DNA from: Promethearchaeota archaeon
GTDB lineage: Archaea; Asgardarchaeota; Lokiarchaeia; Sigyniarchaeales; SOKP01
Reading direction: 5' to 3'
Length of the DNA stretch: 64,000 bases
Assembly: GCA_048939995.1 (NCBI GenBank)
Contig: JBHLOY010000012.1
Location: forward strand, 1 to 64,000
Shown: piece by piece, positions 29,435 through 40,290 of the stretch
How positions within the stretch are numbered: the first letter of the stretch is position 1
Layout of the letters: each line of letters begins with the position of its first letter
Made by a program: the position numbers and the translations under genes
The notes under the pieces: generated by a model
Told to the model about the DNA's origin: nothing
The model's database searches: none
What the model saw: the letters and a program-made list of their open reading frames with translations, nothing else

Positions 29435-30025
29435 TTAGAATTTCCAAGTGACTAAGTCGTCATCATATTCTTCAAACTTAAGATTTTTAATAAATTGATA
29501 GGATTTAGGATTCTTCTTGTATACTTTACATCTTAATTCTTTAACACTTCGTTTTTTGAAGTATTCCCAAACTGTTAAGCCTAATAATGTACCTAATCCT
29601 TTATGCTGAAATTTAGGAATAACTCCTAAACCAGCGATTACACCTACTTCATTATTACGCCCAGAAAAATATATAAGAGCAAAACCGCAATCAATAGAGT
29701 TCGCTTGAGCTATTAAGAAAATAATATCAGGGTCTTCCATCATTTCACTTAAGTTTTGTTCATTTAGGTTATGATAAGGCATTGAAGTAGAATTCCATGC
29801 TAATTTATATAGCTTAGTTATACTTTTAATATCTTCCTTATTAGCTTCTCTAATATTATATCGTATATTGTTCTCATTTATTCTTTGTCTCAACTTATTC
29901 TCAAAATCTTCTGTAATCGCATCTACAAGAAGTCTCATCTGAATATAATCAGATTCACTTTTCAAAGTTTCTTCTACATTTGAAGTAATTCTTGTAATAA
30001 GGTTTCTAAACCATTCCATAATCAA
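29435..30025 (-). CDS. GNAT acetyltransferase
   Basis: 'GVIPKFQHKGLG', 'N..SYQFI..L.F'. Confidence 0.85.
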   Translation of the reverse strand: MIMEWFRNLITRITSNVEETLKSESDYIQMRLLVDAITEDFENKLRQRINENNIRYNIREANKEDIKSITKLYKLAWNSTSMPYHNLNEQNLSEMMEDPDIIFLIAQANSIDCGFALIYFSGRNNEVGVIAGLGVIPKFQHKGLGTLLGLTVWEYFKKRSVKELRCKVYKKNPKSYQFIKNLKFEEYDDDLVTWKF

Positions 30026-30151
30026 AAGAATTGGAAATTATAATAATTATAATAATAAAGAGTGAAGAACTCATAAACTCATTCAAATTGTATTAAGATA
30101 TCAAAATAATAAATAATAATATTTTTTAGAATAAAAAAAATTTTTTTATTT

Positions 30152-30976
30152 TTATTCATAGAGAGGTGAACCACAGGTTCCACAATACCTACCACCTTTT
30201 TCAACTTCTGATCCACAGTGTGGACAGAAATTCATGGATACGCTTGCTTTTGGTTGTTCTGGGGTATATGGAGTTGAATAAGTAGATGGAACAGGAACCT
30301 TAGGAGGTTGTGGTGCTTCTGGGATAGTAGGAGGAACAACCTTTTTTGAAAATGTTGGAGCGACTTCAGCAAGAGAAGACAGCTTAAAATATCCTACTAT
30401 ATACATTATATATCCAATTATGATAGGGACAATTAAAAATCCGAGTGCCCATAATAGTGCAGCTGAGCTTAAATTGCTTGCTCCCTCATTGATACGAATA
30501 TACCATCCGGGAGGAAATTGATCTTTACTTACATAAAAGTAGCTTTTAAGATTTTCCCAGCCACCTTTTTCTATTCCGCAACCGATAATCATAAGAATAA
30601 ATCCAGGAACTAATGCGCTTAGGATTAAGGGATTGAAAATTCCTAGCGGAAATGGAAAGTAATAATAATAATACATATAAGAACCTGTGATAAATCGCCC
30701 AAGTATAAATATAAAAGCAATATTAACCAATATCAGACCTATAAATTTAATTATCGCAGCTGCTAAATATTTCGAACTAAAACTACTGAGATATGGACTT
30801 CTTAATTGCTGATTTATCGCTTTGATGCGGCTAACTGCTATACAAACAAAGATTAGAATAATTAGATTAGCAACAAAGGCAAAAAAAGGTATTACGATGA
30901 AAATGCTAAAAATAGCTACGATTCGAATATTCTTCCCGAAGCTATACCATTTCAGTTCTAAATTATCATTTGACAT
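30152..30976 (-). CDS. membrane protein with C-terminal double zinc ribbon (DUF973-like)
   Basis: TM helices, Pro-rich linker, 'FCPHCG...YCGTCG'. Confidence 0.8.
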   Translation of the reverse strand: MSNDNLELKWYSFGKNIRIVAIFSIFIVIPFFAFVANLIILIFVCIAVSRIKAINQQLRSPYLSSFSSKYLAAAIIKFIGLILVNIAFIFILGRFITGSYMYYYYYFPFPLGIFNPLILSALVPGFILMIIGCGIEKGGWENLKSYFYVSKDQFPPGWYIRINEGASNLSSAALLWALGFLIVPIIIGYIMYIVGYFKLSSLAEVAPTFSKKVVPPTIPEAPQPPKVPVPSTYSTPYTPEQPKASVSMNFCPHCGSEVEKGGRYCGTCGSPLYE

Positions 30977-31111
30977 TTATTTAAACCTTCTAATTAATTG
31001 GTTTCTTTAAGGATAATAACACTAAAATAATTTAAATAGTTTTAGGAGACCAATTTTTTTTTGTCAATCTTTCTTAAATGAAAAGTAATAAGAAAAAATT
31101 TTAATTAGAAC

Positions 31112-31930
31112 TTATTCTTTCTTTAATGAAGAACCACATACTCCACAAAATCTCGCTTCTAATGGTACTCTTTCTCCGCACATTGGGCAAAATTTAGCTA
31201 AACTAACTGGTGCTTCCTCTAAGGAGTCCGTTGATGGTAATTGTGGCTCAGGTTTTAGCTCAACTTCTGCTTTGACTTTTAAAGTTTCTACAGGCTTATG
31301 AATTTCTGCTACTCGATAGAAAGATGCCAATTTGAAGTAACCTATAGCCTGAAAAATGAAGCCTATAAATATTGTGATAACTAAAAATCCTAAAGCTAAC
31401 AATAATGCTCCAGTATGGGATTTATTCGCACCATCTATTAGATCTCCATAAACTGACTGTGGAACTAAATCTTGATTTTGCTGTAAAAAAGATGTGAAAA
31501 GTTTCCAAGCGCTCATTTCAGTTGAGGATCCAACAATAATAAGAATATATCCTATAAAAATTGCAATTGCTGCACCGATTATAAAAACTGTGGAAGGTGT
31601 GAAATAAAACCAAGGAATACCTCCATATATTCTATTTCGAATGAAGATGAGGATGGGAATCATTAAACTTCCAATTATACATATAATCATTCCGACTACT
31701 CTAGTTAGAATTCCATTAAGCAACTTTCTACGAAATTCCTCGAGTGTTGGATTGTTAAGCCCTTTATTTATATCTCTAAGATCGGCTGACATTAATATAA
31801 TGATTATGAATGTAATAACCATACCTATTAAAGAGAGATAAGGAAAAATACTAAGAATAGCAGCAATTCCTAAGATTCGCATGTATCTTCCAAAATCATA
31901 AAATATGTTTATTTTCCTTTCAGATGACAT
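31112..31930 (-). CDS. membrane protein with C-terminal double zinc ribbon (tandem paralog)
   Basis: Shares 'ALL.ALGFL...I.IG.I....GYFKL' and 'FCPMCG...FCGVCG' with 30152-30976. Confidence 0.8.
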   Translation of the reverse strand: MSSERKINIFYDFGRYMRILGIAAILSIFPYLSLIGMVITFIIIILMSADLRDINKGLNNPTLEEFRRKLLNGILTRVVGMIICIIGSLMIPILIFIRNRIYGGIPWFYFTPSTVFIIGAAIAIFIGYILIIVGSSTEMSAWKLFTSFLQQNQDLVPQSVYGDLIDGANKSHTGALLLALGFLVITIFIGFIFQAIGYFKLASFYRVAEIHKPVETLKVKAEVELKPEPQLPSTDSLEEAPVSLAKFCPMCGERVPLEARFCGVCGSSLKKE

Positions 31931-32049
31931 AATAAATCAACTTTAAATAATATTCTAGTTTAGGTAAAAATGGAATCTAATATATATATAATTATAGTAG
32001 TCTGATCTTTGATTGTCAGCTTTATAATATATTTTAGGAATAGTAATAA

Positions 32050-33264
32050 TTAGCTAAATAATTCTAATTTATCTGACTCTTGTGAAGTTTTTTTCATAAT
32101 TTTCGATGTGGCTTTTACAAAATCATCATTATTTATTTTATTTGAATCTCTTCTGATAGCAAACATTCCCGCTTCAGTGCAAATTGATTTAATATCTGCT
32201 CCAGTGGCATTTTCAGTTAGTTTAATTAATTCTTTATAATCAACATTCTCCTCAACATTTAGGAATCGTGTATGAATTTTAAAAATTTCTGTTCTTGATG
32301 CCTTATTAGGCATTGGTAATTCTATAATTCTATCAAACCTCCCAGGTCTTAATAAAGCACGATCTAAAATGTCAATACGATTTGTAGCTCCAATAAATTT
32401 AACATTCCCCCTCATGTTAAAACCATCTAATTCACTTAACAATTGCATTAATGTTCTTTGAACTTCTCTGTCTCCAGAAGTGGCATCTTCCATCCTCTCG
32501 GCAGCTATTGCATCTAATTCATCAATAAATAGAATTGTTGGGGCTTTTTTTCTTGCTAATGTAAAAATTTCTCGTACATAACGAGCACCCTCACCAATAA
32601 ACTTTTGTACTAATTCTGAGGCGATTACCCTAATAAAGGTCGCTTTTGTTTCATGAGCTACAGCTTTTGCTAATAATGTTTTACCTGTACCTGGAGGACC
32701 ATGAAGTAGAACTCCTCTCGGAGGATCAATTCCCACTTTCTCAAATAATTCTGGTTTTAATAAAGGTAATTCTACTGTTTCTCTTACTTCCTGTATTTGG
32801 TCATCTAAACCACCAATATCATTGTAAGATACATCCGGTATAGTATCAACTAATTCCATTCCTCTGATAATTGGATCTAAATGTGTGGGTAATATTTCCA
32901 TAACAGAATAAGTATTTTGATTTAAGGCAACATTTAATCCGGTAGTAAGGTTTTCTTCTCTCACATTTTTACTTGTATTTACAACAAAACTGGAGCCAGT
33001 AGAAATATTTATTATTACTCTCTCTTTTTTCTCATCCAAAATGTCTATTATAGTACCAGTTATTAGAGGAGCCTCTCTTAGATGCCCCATTTCATTTCTT
33101 AAAGTATTTAAATCATGTTCTAATTTTAAGCATTCAGTTTTTAGAGTTCGCCTTTCACTTTCAAGATCTTTTATACGTTTCTCTAAATGATTGACATAAT
33201 TTGTGAGGTATTCCTCATCTTTCATGTCTTTCCTTTTTCTATCGTCTCTTCCTGTAGATTGCAT
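32050..33264 (-). CDS. pan: proteasome-activating nucleotidase (AAA+ ATPase)
   Basis: Coiled coil + OB, 'GPPGTGKT', pore loop 'KFIGEG', 'FIDELD', 'DREVQRT', 'RPGRFDR'. Confidence 0.95.
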   Translation of the reverse strand: MQSTGRDDRKRKDMKDEEYLTNYVNHLEKRIKDLESERRTLKTECLKLEHDLNTLRNEMGHLREAPLITGTIIDILDEKKERVIINISTGSSFVVNTSKNVREENLTTGLNVALNQNTYSVMEILPTHLDPIIRGMELVDTIPDVSYNDIGGLDDQIQEVRETVELPLLKPELFEKVGIDPPRGVLLHGPPGTGKTLLAKAVAHETKATFIRVIASELVQKFIGEGARYVREIFTLARKKAPTILFIDELDAIAAERMEDATSGDREVQRTLMQLLSELDGFNMRGNVKFIGATNRIDILDRALLRPGRFDRIIELPMPNKASRTEIFKIHTRFLNVEENVDYKELIKLTENATGADIKSICTEAGMFAIRRDSNKINNDDFVKATSKIMKKTSQESDKLELFS

Positions 33265-33520
33265 GTAAAAATAAAGTAAATTTATGTTATTATCTGCTTT
33301 TTATAAAATTATTCCAAGTATTTATTCTTTGTTTATTGCTTTCAAAATTCTAAAAGTAACTTTACAGATAAAAACTAAGTCTTTTCTCAAATATGTAAAT
33401 GATTATTAATTAATACTTTTATAATTATATGTATAGGATCTCAATAATCTAATCAATATGTCTAATACCAAAATTAGAAAAATTAGATATTTGGATAGAT
33501 AAATAACATTGTAGACAATT

Positions 33521-34180
33521 ATGACTAGTTTCAAAACTGTGGTTAATAATTTACAAAAACATTATAAAGATGCTGAATCGGTTGCAATTATCAGTAAATC
33601 AGGAAAGTTGTTATATTGTACAAAAAATTGGAACATAAAAGGGGATATAAGTAATTTATTATCAAGATGGGCTAGTGGGTCAGCACAATCAGTATCAGTA
33701 GATTCAATTCGATATTCCATAGTTCAAATGGAACCAGAAAGGTTTATAGCTACAAATCGGCATAATAAAGGACATTTAATTGGTGCTACTACCCCTGATG
33801 GAGAAAATTGTATGGTTGCTCACATTAGGTCTAAGGCAAAGGGTTGGTTTCACCTGGCATATCCTGCAGTTGCCAGGGCAGCAGCTATGTTAAAGAAGGG
33901 ATCTACTTCTGAATTTGTTAAAACTGAGATCGACTTTTCAGAAGAACCAACAAAAGGAAAAATCAAAAAATCGGAACAATATACCACGTATGGTTATACT
34001 ACTTCTGCTCCTATGATGGATCTAAATCTAAAGGCAGAAATAGAAGCATTTTTAGAATGGATCAAAAATCCAGATGGACTGAGAGGCTATCTTTCTTACT
34101 ACTTACAAACAAATGATCAATATTTCCTTTCTAAACTTGCTGAAATTTATCAAGATTTATATAGAATCTTTTATCCTTAA
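33521..34180 (+). CDS. Asgard profilin-like protein with C-terminal extension
   Basis: 'AII...GKLLY.T.NWNI', 'IRYSIV....ERFIATN...KGHLI' resemble Loki profilin; about 90 extra C-terminal residues. Confidence 0.72.
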   Translation: MTSFKTVVNNLQKHYKDAESVAIISKSGKLLYCTKNWNIKGDISNLLSRWASGSAQSVSVDSIRYSIVQMEPERFIATNRHNKGHLIGATTPDGENCMVAHIRSKAKGWFHLAYPAVARAAAMLKKGSTSEFVKTEIDFSEEPTKGKIKKSEQYTTYGYTTSAPMMDLNLKAEIEAFLEWIKNPDGLRGYLSYYLQTNDQYFLSKLAEIYQDLYRIFYP

Positions 34181-34240
34181 TTCAATAGCTGTCAATTATT
34201 AATAAATCTACTTTTAAAAAGAATAAGATATAAATTTTTT

Positions 34241-35158
34241 TCAATCTGTATGAGCAGATATAATTAAATCTGCAAATAGTTTCATATCATTTAATAGCGT
34301 ATTTAGCTTATCTTGAGATGTTCTATCTAAATCTCCGGTCTTCATTATTAATACTGAAATAATATATTTGAATATATGTAGTTCAACTTCTTTTCCTTCA
34401 TCGTTTCTTCCTTTAAATACAGCCGAGTCTGACATAAAAATATTCTCTCTTACTGTATTACATGAATTTATGAAATCCCTTAAATCTCCTCTTAAAGTTA
34501 GACCACTACTTACACCTTGTACATTGTGTACAATAACATTACCGGAAACATCAGAGATTATGATTTTTGCTTTAATTTCTTCTAATTGCTCTTCGGCTTT
34601 CTCAACATGAGCTTTTAATTCTGAATAGCTTGAAATTAATATATCTCTAAAAACTTTAGCTAACTCATCTTGTAAGTAAATGCTTGTGAGCTTATAATCA
34701 AAATCATATTCTTTAAACATATCTAAGAAAATTTCTTTTGCCTTCTTAACATTTGTATCAAGAAGCTCTTTTTGATAATCTTCAGTATCATATTTATGAA
34801 GGAAAAGGAAGATTTTCGGCTTTTCATTATTTTTTCGATATATATCTAGCAATCCATTGAAGTATTCCTTAGCTTGTATAAAATCTTTAGGTGAATGTAG
34901 GTCCACCACAGGGATTAGAATATCTGTTCCTCTTATTACTTCCGGTTTTTCCATATACTCTTTTCGATATTGTTCTTGTCCGCCAAAGTCAAAAATTCCG
35001 ACTTGCAAGCCTAGAAATGGATGTCTTCTAGTTTCATACAATATGGTTGGGCTTAAACTTTTTGTGTCTTCTGCACTTTTTTCAGCAAAAGCAACTGAAT
35101 AAAGACTCGTTTTACCACAACCACTCAAGCCAACTAAACTTATTTTCAAGGAGCACAC
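34241..35158 (-). CDS. Rag/Gtr1-like GTPase with C-terminal roadblock/longin-like domain
   Basis: 'GLSGCGKTS', 'L.PT', 'DFGGQ', Rag-type 'HKYD', 'TSIY'; C-terminal 'IIISDVSGNVI'. Confidence 0.82.
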   Translation of the reverse strand: MCSLKISLVGLSGCGKTSLYSVAFAEKSAEDTKSLSPTILYETRRHPFLGLQVGIFDFGGQEQYRKEYMEKPEVIRGTDILIPVVDLHSPKDFIQAKEYFNGLLDIYRKNNEKPKIFLFLHKYDTEDYQKELLDTNVKKAKEIFLDMFKEYDFDYKLTSIYLQDELAKVFRDILISSYSELKAHVEKAEEQLEEIKAKIIISDVSGNVIVHNVQGVSSGLTLRGDLRDFINSCNTVRENIFMSDSAVFKGRNDEGKEVELHIFKYIISVLIMKTGDLDRTSQDKLNTLLNDMKLFADLIISAHTD

Positions 35159-35238
35159 ACCTTTTTATGGGTTCTTTACTATTTTCTTTTTTTATATAAT
35201 TAATTATTTCATTTAATCTTTTATTAAATTAGATCGTT

Positions 35239-36738
35239 TTATTTTTCTTCTTTAGGTGTTAGTTTAAAAGTCCTTGAGAAGATTTTACCATAATCCTCAG
35301 TTGAAGCTTCAACTAATACATTTCCATATACAATTTGTCCATCCTTTTCTTCAAGAGGATATCCAATTTCTATAGTTTCGAATGGAAATAATTCTTTTAT
35401 GGTAGTAACCCATGGTCGTTTTTCAAATAACTCTTCTAAACTAACAATTCTAATTTTTGCGTCTTCTAAAACATAACCAATAGTATTTGTAATTGAAATA
35501 TTTAGAATTTTATTTTCTTCATCAATATCTTTAGATACGCTTAAGAATTTTTTACTTCCTAAAGTTGGTGTTACTGCAACTTGATCGTCCTCAGGTTTAG
35601 TTTCAATTCTAGGTTCTTCCTCTGCCATGTCTTTCACTATAAAGACCTTACGTTTTTGAACTGTATATTGGGATACCTTCTTTAATTTTGCTAAAAATAA
35701 GACTGAATTCAAATTAATTGCATTGAATGAATCTATTTTTAAATATCCTTTCTTGGCAGCATCTTCAATTATTTCTGCCCCAAGACCAGATCTAGCGAAA
35801 ACAGTATTTTTATTAGGACCACTACCAACAGAACCCACAGAAATATCTGCTTTTTCAGAAGTCAAGTCTACGCAAAAATTGCAACTTGAAGACTTAAATT
35901 TATCTAGCTCTTTTATAGTGTAGGATTTCACCGGATTACTCTCGGGATCATAATAAATATGAAATTTACCTTTATTAATATCCATTTTCTTAACTTTTGA
36001 GAGATCAATTCCATCTTTTTCAAAAAAAGGATAAATAGCCTCCGGGGCAAAAGAATCCATACAGAAGATACCAATCGTAAAGATATGAGCTCGCATGAAA
36101 TATTTAAGCATTCCAGCTGGAGAATTCAGCATTTTATATACCGCATCGATATTACATGGAGTACCCACGAATGCTATTGAATGGAATCCTTGTCGGATAG
36201 CCTCCATTAGAGCCTCTACTGTTTGGGAATGACAATAAATTGAACCACTTGCTTTAATTGCATCATTTTTATTTGTGACTATTTGAGCTACGGGATACCA
36301 TGGTTTTTTGGGATCCTTCATAGTTACAACAGCAGCATCAATTAAATGTTCATCAAATAAATAAGAGAGGAGTGAAGTAACTGTACCACCATCTTGAGCT
36401 CCAATTACTTCCGGAATATTAGTATTTGCTACATAACCATTTTTGAATTCACCCATTAGTTGGATTGGGTCAGTAATAGTACGTGGACACTGATTATAAC
36501 AGATTCCACACCCAGTACACTTGCCTATTAACTTTGGTTGACTTGTAACATAGTCCCATTCAAGGACAGGACATACAGCAGCACAAGTCCCGCATTCCGT
36601 ACAAATACCAGCACGGATTATTTCTTTCATTAGCATTCCATAGGAATCCTTTTTACCTTCCAGTTTCTTTTGAATATAATCGAAAGAATATTCGTATTGG
36701 GACGATTTTTGATTTTCCTCAGTTTTATTCTCAGTCAT
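35239..36738 (-). CDS. FrhB/FdhB-family (F420-interacting) Fe-S flavoprotein with C-terminal extension
   Basis: Two CxxCxxCxxxCP motifs, 'QDGGTVT', 'GTPC', 'GIFCM', 'CNFCVD...ADISVGSVG'. Confidence 0.9.
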   Translation of the reverse strand: MTENKTEENQKSSQYEYSFDYIQKKLEGKKDSYGMLMKEIIRAGICTECGTCAAVCPVLEWDYVTSQPKLIGKCTGCGICYNQCPRTITDPIQLMGEFKNGYVANTNIPEVIGAQDGGTVTSLLSYLFDEHLIDAAVVTMKDPKKPWYPVAQIVTNKNDAIKASGSIYCHSQTVEALMEAIRQGFHSIAFVGTPCNIDAVYKMLNSPAGMLKYFMRAHIFTIGIFCMDSFAPEAIYPFFEKDGIDLSKVKKMDINKGKFHIYYDPESNPVKSYTIKELDKFKSSSCNFCVDLTSEKADISVGSVGSGPNKNTVFARSGLGAEIIEDAAKKGYLKIDSFNAINLNSVLFLAKLKKVSQYTVQKRKVFIVKDMAEEEPRIETKPEDDQVAVTPTLGSKKFLSVSKDIDEENKILNISITNTIGYVLEDAKIRIVSLEELFEKRPWVTTIKELFPFETIEIGYPLEEKDGQIVYGNVLVEASTEDYGKIFSRTFKLTPKEEK

Positions 36739-36920
36739 AATTATTTAATAAAGATTTAATTAAGAATTTCAACAATTCAAAATCTATGTAAAAGAAATGG
36801 AATACTGAAAATAAAATTTATTAATTAATTTAATAGATTTAGGAGAGGATAAGCTTAATTTTAATAAACAGAATTAAGTCACCTATAAAATTTTACTTAG
36901 ACATAATATGGAATTAGGTT

Positions 36921-38519
36921 TTAGGGTTTTTCTAATTCAAGCTTTTCTTCGATTCTTTTTATTGCGTTCGAAGCATGGATTCTTACAACCCTGTGAAAGT
37001 CATTTATCCTTCGAAGTAATGCCTCTAGGGCTTTTTCTCCACCAAAAGTTTCTAAAAATTTAATTAAGCTTAATTTAACTTTAAAATCTTCGTCATCATT
37101 AACTTTTAGATATTCTATTAATGTCGCGAGATGGATATTCAATTCTCGCTTTAAATCGGGTGCTTGTTCTTTTAATTTATACCAATTGCGATGGAAAATG
37201 TTAAAGATGGCATCTACAGCCACCTTTTTAATTAGCCAATAAACTTCTTTATTATCTAATAAGCTAATTAAATCATCAAGAGGTTTAAGATTTCCAATTT
37301 TCCCTAGGGCGATAATTGAATTTTTCTTTATTTCCAAATTTCTTTCATGCAATAAATTGAGTAGTGGATTGACAAAATCTTCCTTTCCTAATTCGCCAAA
37401 TAAAAAAGCAACACTTTCTTTAATAGTATCATTATCTTTTTCCAAATAAGAATACAGATGGTCATATCGTGGTTTTTTATTGTTTAAATAAATACTTTTT
37501 ACAGCATCTAATATAAATAACCTCATATCCAAGTCTGTATATTCAAAACTCACATCTTCTATATCTAATACACTTAATAGATCGGGAATTGCTGAAACAT
37601 CACCAATTTCTCCCAACGCTTTAATTGAAGCAACACTGACTTCGTTGTAAATATTATCGAGATTTGTAATTAATAAATCTACAGCATCAGTTAACTTTAA
37701 TTTTCCACTTAGTTTTATAGCATTTTGTTTAACTATAAAATCATCCATAAGTATAAGCTTTATAATTTCATCCTTAATCTCTGGTTCAATCAGTTTTGTA
37801 ATAGTCAATATTGCATCCATTAACTCAGCATCTTCTTCTTTTAAAATCCGTGTTATCTCATCTAATAATATATTCTTATTTGCGATTAATTCTGAAATTA
37901 CTTTTGGATATTTTTGTTTTAAATAACTTACATCTTCAAAAGAAATGTCAATAGTGGATAATTCAGTCCCAAGTAGCTTTATAATCTCAGTATTATGCTC
38001 ATCAGAGAATTCTTTTTCTTTCAGGGATTTTAATAGGATTTTAATTAATTTTTCAGGATTAAGGGCTATAAGTTGATTTAGTATAAAATCTCTAACAGAA
38101 TTGTGAGGGCTATCTAACTCACGGATAAATAATTCAATTTCTTCGTCGTCAAATTTAATTTTCTTTATTGCTTTTAATACAGAGAGTTTAATTTCCAAAT
38201 TATCTGATTTCTCTTCTAAAATCCACTTCAAAGGTTTAAGGGCTTTATCGTATTTGAGTTTCCCTAAGGCTTTAGCAGCTTCGCATTTGAATTCAATACT
38301 CTCTTCAGAAACCAATATATTTTCTAAAGTGCTAAAACATTCTTTTATTGATAAAGGAGCTTCTCTACCCACTAAACCTAAATATTTTATAGCCCCCCTT
38401 CTTTTGCTTTCTACTTTTTCATTATTAATGATCTCTCTTAAAATCTTAATAGAATTGTCTATCCCAAGCTCCTCTCTTCTCTGAAATATTTCTTCTGGAG
38501 GAGGTTTTTGTTCTACCAT
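36921..38519 (-). CDS. HEAT-repeat protein
   Basis: Recurrent 'AAKALGKL', 'IKALGEIG', 'IIALGKIG'. Confidence 0.88.
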   Translation of the reverse strand: MVEQKPPPEEIFQRREELGIDNSIKILREIINNEKVESKRRGAIKYLGLVGREAPLSIKECFSTLENILVSEESIEFKCEAAKALGKLKYDKALKPLKWILEEKSDNLEIKLSVLKAIKKIKFDDEEIELFIRELDSPHNSVRDFILNQLIALNPEKLIKILLKSLKEKEFSDEHNTEIIKLLGTELSTIDISFEDVSYLKQKYPKVISELIANKNILLDEITRILKEEDAELMDAILTITKLIEPEIKDEIIKLILMDDFIVKQNAIKLSGKLKLTDAVDLLITNLDNIYNEVSVASIKALGEIGDVSAIPDLLSVLDIEDVSFEYTDLDMRLFILDAVKSIYLNNKKPRYDHLYSYLEKDNDTIKESVAFLFGELGKEDFVNPLLNLLHERNLEIKKNSIIALGKIGNLKPLDDLISLLDNKEVYWLIKKVAVDAIFNIFHRNWYKLKEQAPDLKRELNIHLATLIEYLKVNDDEDFKVKLSLIKFLETFGGEKALEALLRRINDFHRVVRIHASNAIKRIEEKLELEKP

Positions 38520-38732
38520 TATGAGCTGTTAATTTATTATAAAAGCCAATTTTTTTGTTAATTATTATGATTTTAGGTCGTTCCTTTATAAAAATATTTT
38601 CAAATTAAATCAAAAGTCTCAAAAAATTCAGTAGAAAATAGATAAAAATTTTGAATTTATACTCAAAATTTTTTATTAAATAACTTTTTATTAATTTATT
38701 CTTTAAATAATCAAAATTTATCGAGGCTTTTT

Positions 38733-39428
38733 ATGACTATAAGAAAATCTATAAATAAATTAAGAGCAAATATATTTGAGAAAACTATTAACTTAAAAAT
38801 TGTCAGAATCTGCGGGATTATAGTTATTGTTACCTACCTATCTTTACTTATAATTGGTGTTTTGGTCGCTTCATTGTTACACCCCGGTGGTTATTCAATC
38901 ATTGATAATTGGATTAGTGATCTTGGAAGTTTTAATCATACACCTGCACCTTATTTATACGATATTGCCTGTATAATTGCTGGTGTGTTCACTATCCCCA
39001 TAACATTTTACCTGGAAAACTTACTTCTTCCAATTCCACAGAAGACAGTAAAAAATTATACTAGGTTGAGGATCAGACTAACAAGCGGTGCTTTTATCTT
39101 TGGACTGATAGGAAGTTTAGCTTATATTGGTGTTGGTATATTTAGTGAAGATAGAAGTTATTTTGGGCTTCATGGAGTGATGTCGGAATTAGCATTTGTG
39201 GGTTTTGTACTTTCTGCTTTCTTTATGGGATGGTTTATTGTGCTTTACAAAACAAGAGTGCCAAAATTATTAGGCCTTTATGGCATTATTGTTCCATTTA
39301 CTACTATCATAATCTTTCTGATATTCAGTAATGAATTATGGGAATGGTTACTCCTCTTTTCTATTCTTCTATGGATTATTCCGTTAGCATTATTTGTCTT
39401 TATAAAAAAGTTGGAACCTGAAAGATAA
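38733..39428 (+). CDS. DUF998-family membrane protein
   Basis: 'GYS..DNWISDLG', 'GVGIFSED...LH'. Confidence 0.82.
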   Translation: MTIRKSINKLRANIFEKTINLKIVRICGIIVIVTYLSLLIIGVLVASLLHPGGYSIIDNWISDLGSFNHTPAPYLYDIACIIAGVFTIPITFYLENLLLPIPQKTVKNYTRLRIRLTSGAFIFGLIGSLAYIGVGIFSEDRSYFGLHGVMSELAFVGFVLSAFFMGWFIVLYKTRVPKLLGLYGIIVPFTTIIIFLIFSNELWEWLLLFSILLWIIPLALFVFIKKLEPER

Positions 39429-39454
39429 TTAACTTAAAATCTTTTTTATTTTTT

Positions 39455-40135
39455 TTAGATATATTTTCCAAAAAAGTATTCCATTGCAAGATTTCGAGTA
39501 TTCTTTAGATGTTTATTCACAGTAGCTTCATTAATTTTAAAATGCGTAGCGATTTCCTTCCCAGAAATTTCTTTTGGAGTTTTAAAATAACCCTTTTTTG
39601 CTGCATAACTAGCAATTTCTCTTTGTCTTTTTGTAAAATGAGGGAGAGGAATAAATGTTCTCCAAATTGCTTCATCAAACTCATTAGTTTTATTAAGGTC
39701 AAACATCCCAATTATTTTAAAATCGTTAGTGTAAGATGATAGAATATCAAATAAATTTTCTATATAATCTTTATGGGAAATAATAGAAAGCAAAACTAGT
39801 TCACTTGAGACCTGAATAGGAAAGAGAAATGCCCATGGACCTGAATCTATTATTGGAAAGAAACCAGAAGTCCTACTTTGATCCATAATACAGATTATTT
39901 CATCTCCAGATTGATTTAAAACTTGCAAAGATTCAGGTTTAAAGTAGTCCATGATAAATTCTTTAATATCTATATTAATATTACGTTTAAAACGAATCTT
40001 CTGCAAAGCAAAAAAATGAGTTTGGTCATATTGAAATGCATTTAAAATTTCTACAAATTCAACTTTGTCAAATAGATCTTTAAAACCTATTTGTTCTAAG
40101 AAATTACCTGGAATTTGTAATCTTACTATTTTCAT
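39455..40135 (-). CDS. Bat/HTH_10-type transcriptional regulator
   Basis: 'TKRQREI...A.KKGYF..PKEIS..EIA..F.I...TV.KHL'. Confidence 0.85.
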   Translation of the reverse strand: MKIVRLQIPGNFLEQIGFKDLFDKVEFVEILNAFQYDQTHFFALQKIRFKRNINIDIKEFIMDYFKPESLQVLNQSGDEIICIMDQSRTSGFFPIIDSGPWAFLFPIQVSSELVLLSIISHKDYIENLFDILSSYTNDFKIIGMFDLNKTNEFDEAIWRTFIPLPHFTKRQREIASYAAKKGYFKTPKEISGKEIATHFKINEATVNKHLKNTRNLAMEYFFGKYI

Positions 40136-40290
40136 TTATATTCAGAATTTTCAAGAATTTTACCTTGTTTAATTAAATTTTCTCATAATTTTTATAGGTT
40201 GCGATTGCTACCATTTAACTCTTTAGATAGTAATAATTATATAAAATAGGGTTTTTGTTTTGGTTTTGCAGTCTAACTTAATTTATAGTA

